In this document: in pieces, positions 23,794 through 24,790 of the stretch
How the letters are laid out: each line of letters begins with the position of its first letter
How positions within the stretch are numbered: the first letter of the stretch is position 1
Assembly (NCBI GenBank): GCA_041654195.1
Contig: JBAZDV010000001.1
Coordinates: 1-24,790 of the forward strand
DNA length: 24,790 bases
Reading direction: 5' to 3'
DNA from: Candidatus Methanomethylophilaceae archaeon
GTDB taxonomy: Archaea; Thermoplasmatota; Thermoplasmata; Methanomassiliicoccales; Methanomethylophilaceae
Made by a program: the position numbers and the translations under genes
Notes under the pieces: generated by a model
Database searches by the model: none
The model's input: only the letters and a program-made list of their open reading frames with translations
What the model was told of the DNA's origin: nothing

Positions 23794-24790
23794 GTGAAAG
23801 ATCGCATTCCCGAAAAGGATTTCACGAAAAGGTTCACGCCGAATCTCATAATGAACCTGCTTGCGCTGTTGATCAGTGCACTCGTAGGTCTTTTGCTGGT
23901 TCCGTATTTTATCGATGAACTGGGAATAGCAGCATACGGTATCGTTCCTATCGCAACATCTGTGACTGGATATGTTACATTGGCTTCGGATTCGATAGTG
24001 AATTCGGTGTATCGATATCTTGCTGTAGCGATACAGAACGATCAAATCGACGATGCTAAAAAAACATACAACACTGCAGTACTGGGTCTATTAAAAATCG
24101 TAATAGCTCTGATTCCTGTCGTATTGGTGGTGTCCTACATATCGCCGTACATCTTTGACATAAGCGGCAGTACGTCAAGGGACGTACGGCTGTTATTCCT
24201 CGGGGTCCTGGGGTCAGTGCTCATCATAACGTGGAGCAACATATTCACGACGGTCCTGATGTCTAAAAACAGATTGGACCTTCAGGGAACGGTAAAGATC
24301 ATTCAATTACTGACACAGGTCGGTCTGATCGTTTTACTTTTCAACATTGGTGAACCTTCTCTGGTGAATATCGGTATCGCATATTTTGTTGCGGCCATTG
24401 TGTTTGCGGTGGTTTGTTACGCCCTGGCAAAGAGGATCTCACCGGAATTGAGAATGGAACGTGATCGTTACTCTCCGGAACATTTCAGAGAGATATGCGG
24501 AGTTGGAGGTTGGAACCTGATAAACACCATCGGGAATCTCCTGTTCATCCAGATGTCACTTATGCTCGCCAATGTATTTTACGGTTCAGCATCAGGAGGA
24601 GAGTTCTCGATCGTCGCATCGATGGTTTCCATAATAGTGGCACTGAGTGCAACCATTACCAACGTATTCACACCGATCACGTATCATAACTATTCCAACG
24701 GTCTTTATGATTCCATGAATCGTATGTGTCGTTCTGCCGTCAAGGTCGTTGGTATGTTCGTTGCACCGGTTCTTGCATTATATGCGTTTT
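23794..24790 (+). CDS. Oligosaccharide flippase / polysaccharide biosynthesis protein (Wzx/MOP family), 3' truncated
   Basis: Open from GTG 23794 to the window end. Reads FTPNLIMNLLALLISALVGLLLVPYFIDELGIAAYG..., is highly hydrophobic, and has G..GWNLINTIG. Confidence 0.85.
   Translation, partial: MKDRIPEKDFTKRFTPNLIMNLLALLISALVGLLLVPYFIDELGIAAYGIVPIATSVTGYVTLASDSIVNSVYRYLAVAIQNDQIDDAKKTYNTAVLGLLKIVIALIPVVLVVSYISPYIFDISGSTSRDVRLLFLGVLGSVLIITWSNIFTTVLMSKNRLDLQGTVKIIQLLTQVGLIVLLFNIGEPSLVNIGIAYFVAAIVFAVVCYALAKRISPELRMERDRYSPEHFREICGVGGWNLINTIGNLLFIQMSLMLANVFYGSASGGEFSIVASMVSIIVALSATITNVFTPITYHNYSNGLYDSMNRMCRSAVKVVGMFVAPVLALYAF

Overview
Archaeal chromosomal window with GGAGG/GGTGA Shine-Dalgarno motifs, TATA-box promoters and archaeal ribosomal, primase and CoA genes. 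Gene content suggests Thermoplasmata, probably Methanomassiliicoccales (inference). In order: the 3' end of rpl11, a small membrane protein, ef1b plus an upstream Zn-finger gene absent from the ORF track, a DUF89 phosphatase, a coupled nucleotidyltransferase-hddA-gmhA/gmhB(fusion) cluster that looks like a GDP-heptose pathway, two GT2 glycosyltransferases, an ACT protein plus ilvE, a transglutaminase-like pseudogene, DUF1638, malic enzyme, a COG1031-type radical SAM protein, priL, a pps-ahcY-nucleoside kinase-AK6-CDP-alcohol transferase run, trmJ, a tandem RHH gene lacking a canonical start codon, rpl1-rpl10-rpl12 with an L1-binding-like leader RNA, a GT-C plus secreted-protein pair, and a truncated flippase. 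The most notable points are the archaeal heptose pathway beside lipid-linked glycosylation genes, the L1 leader, the rpl11/rpl1 split consistent with a ~21 kb inversion, and the start-less RHH gene. I saw no tRNA, rRNA, CRISPR array or IS element. All family assignments come from motif recognition, not database searches.
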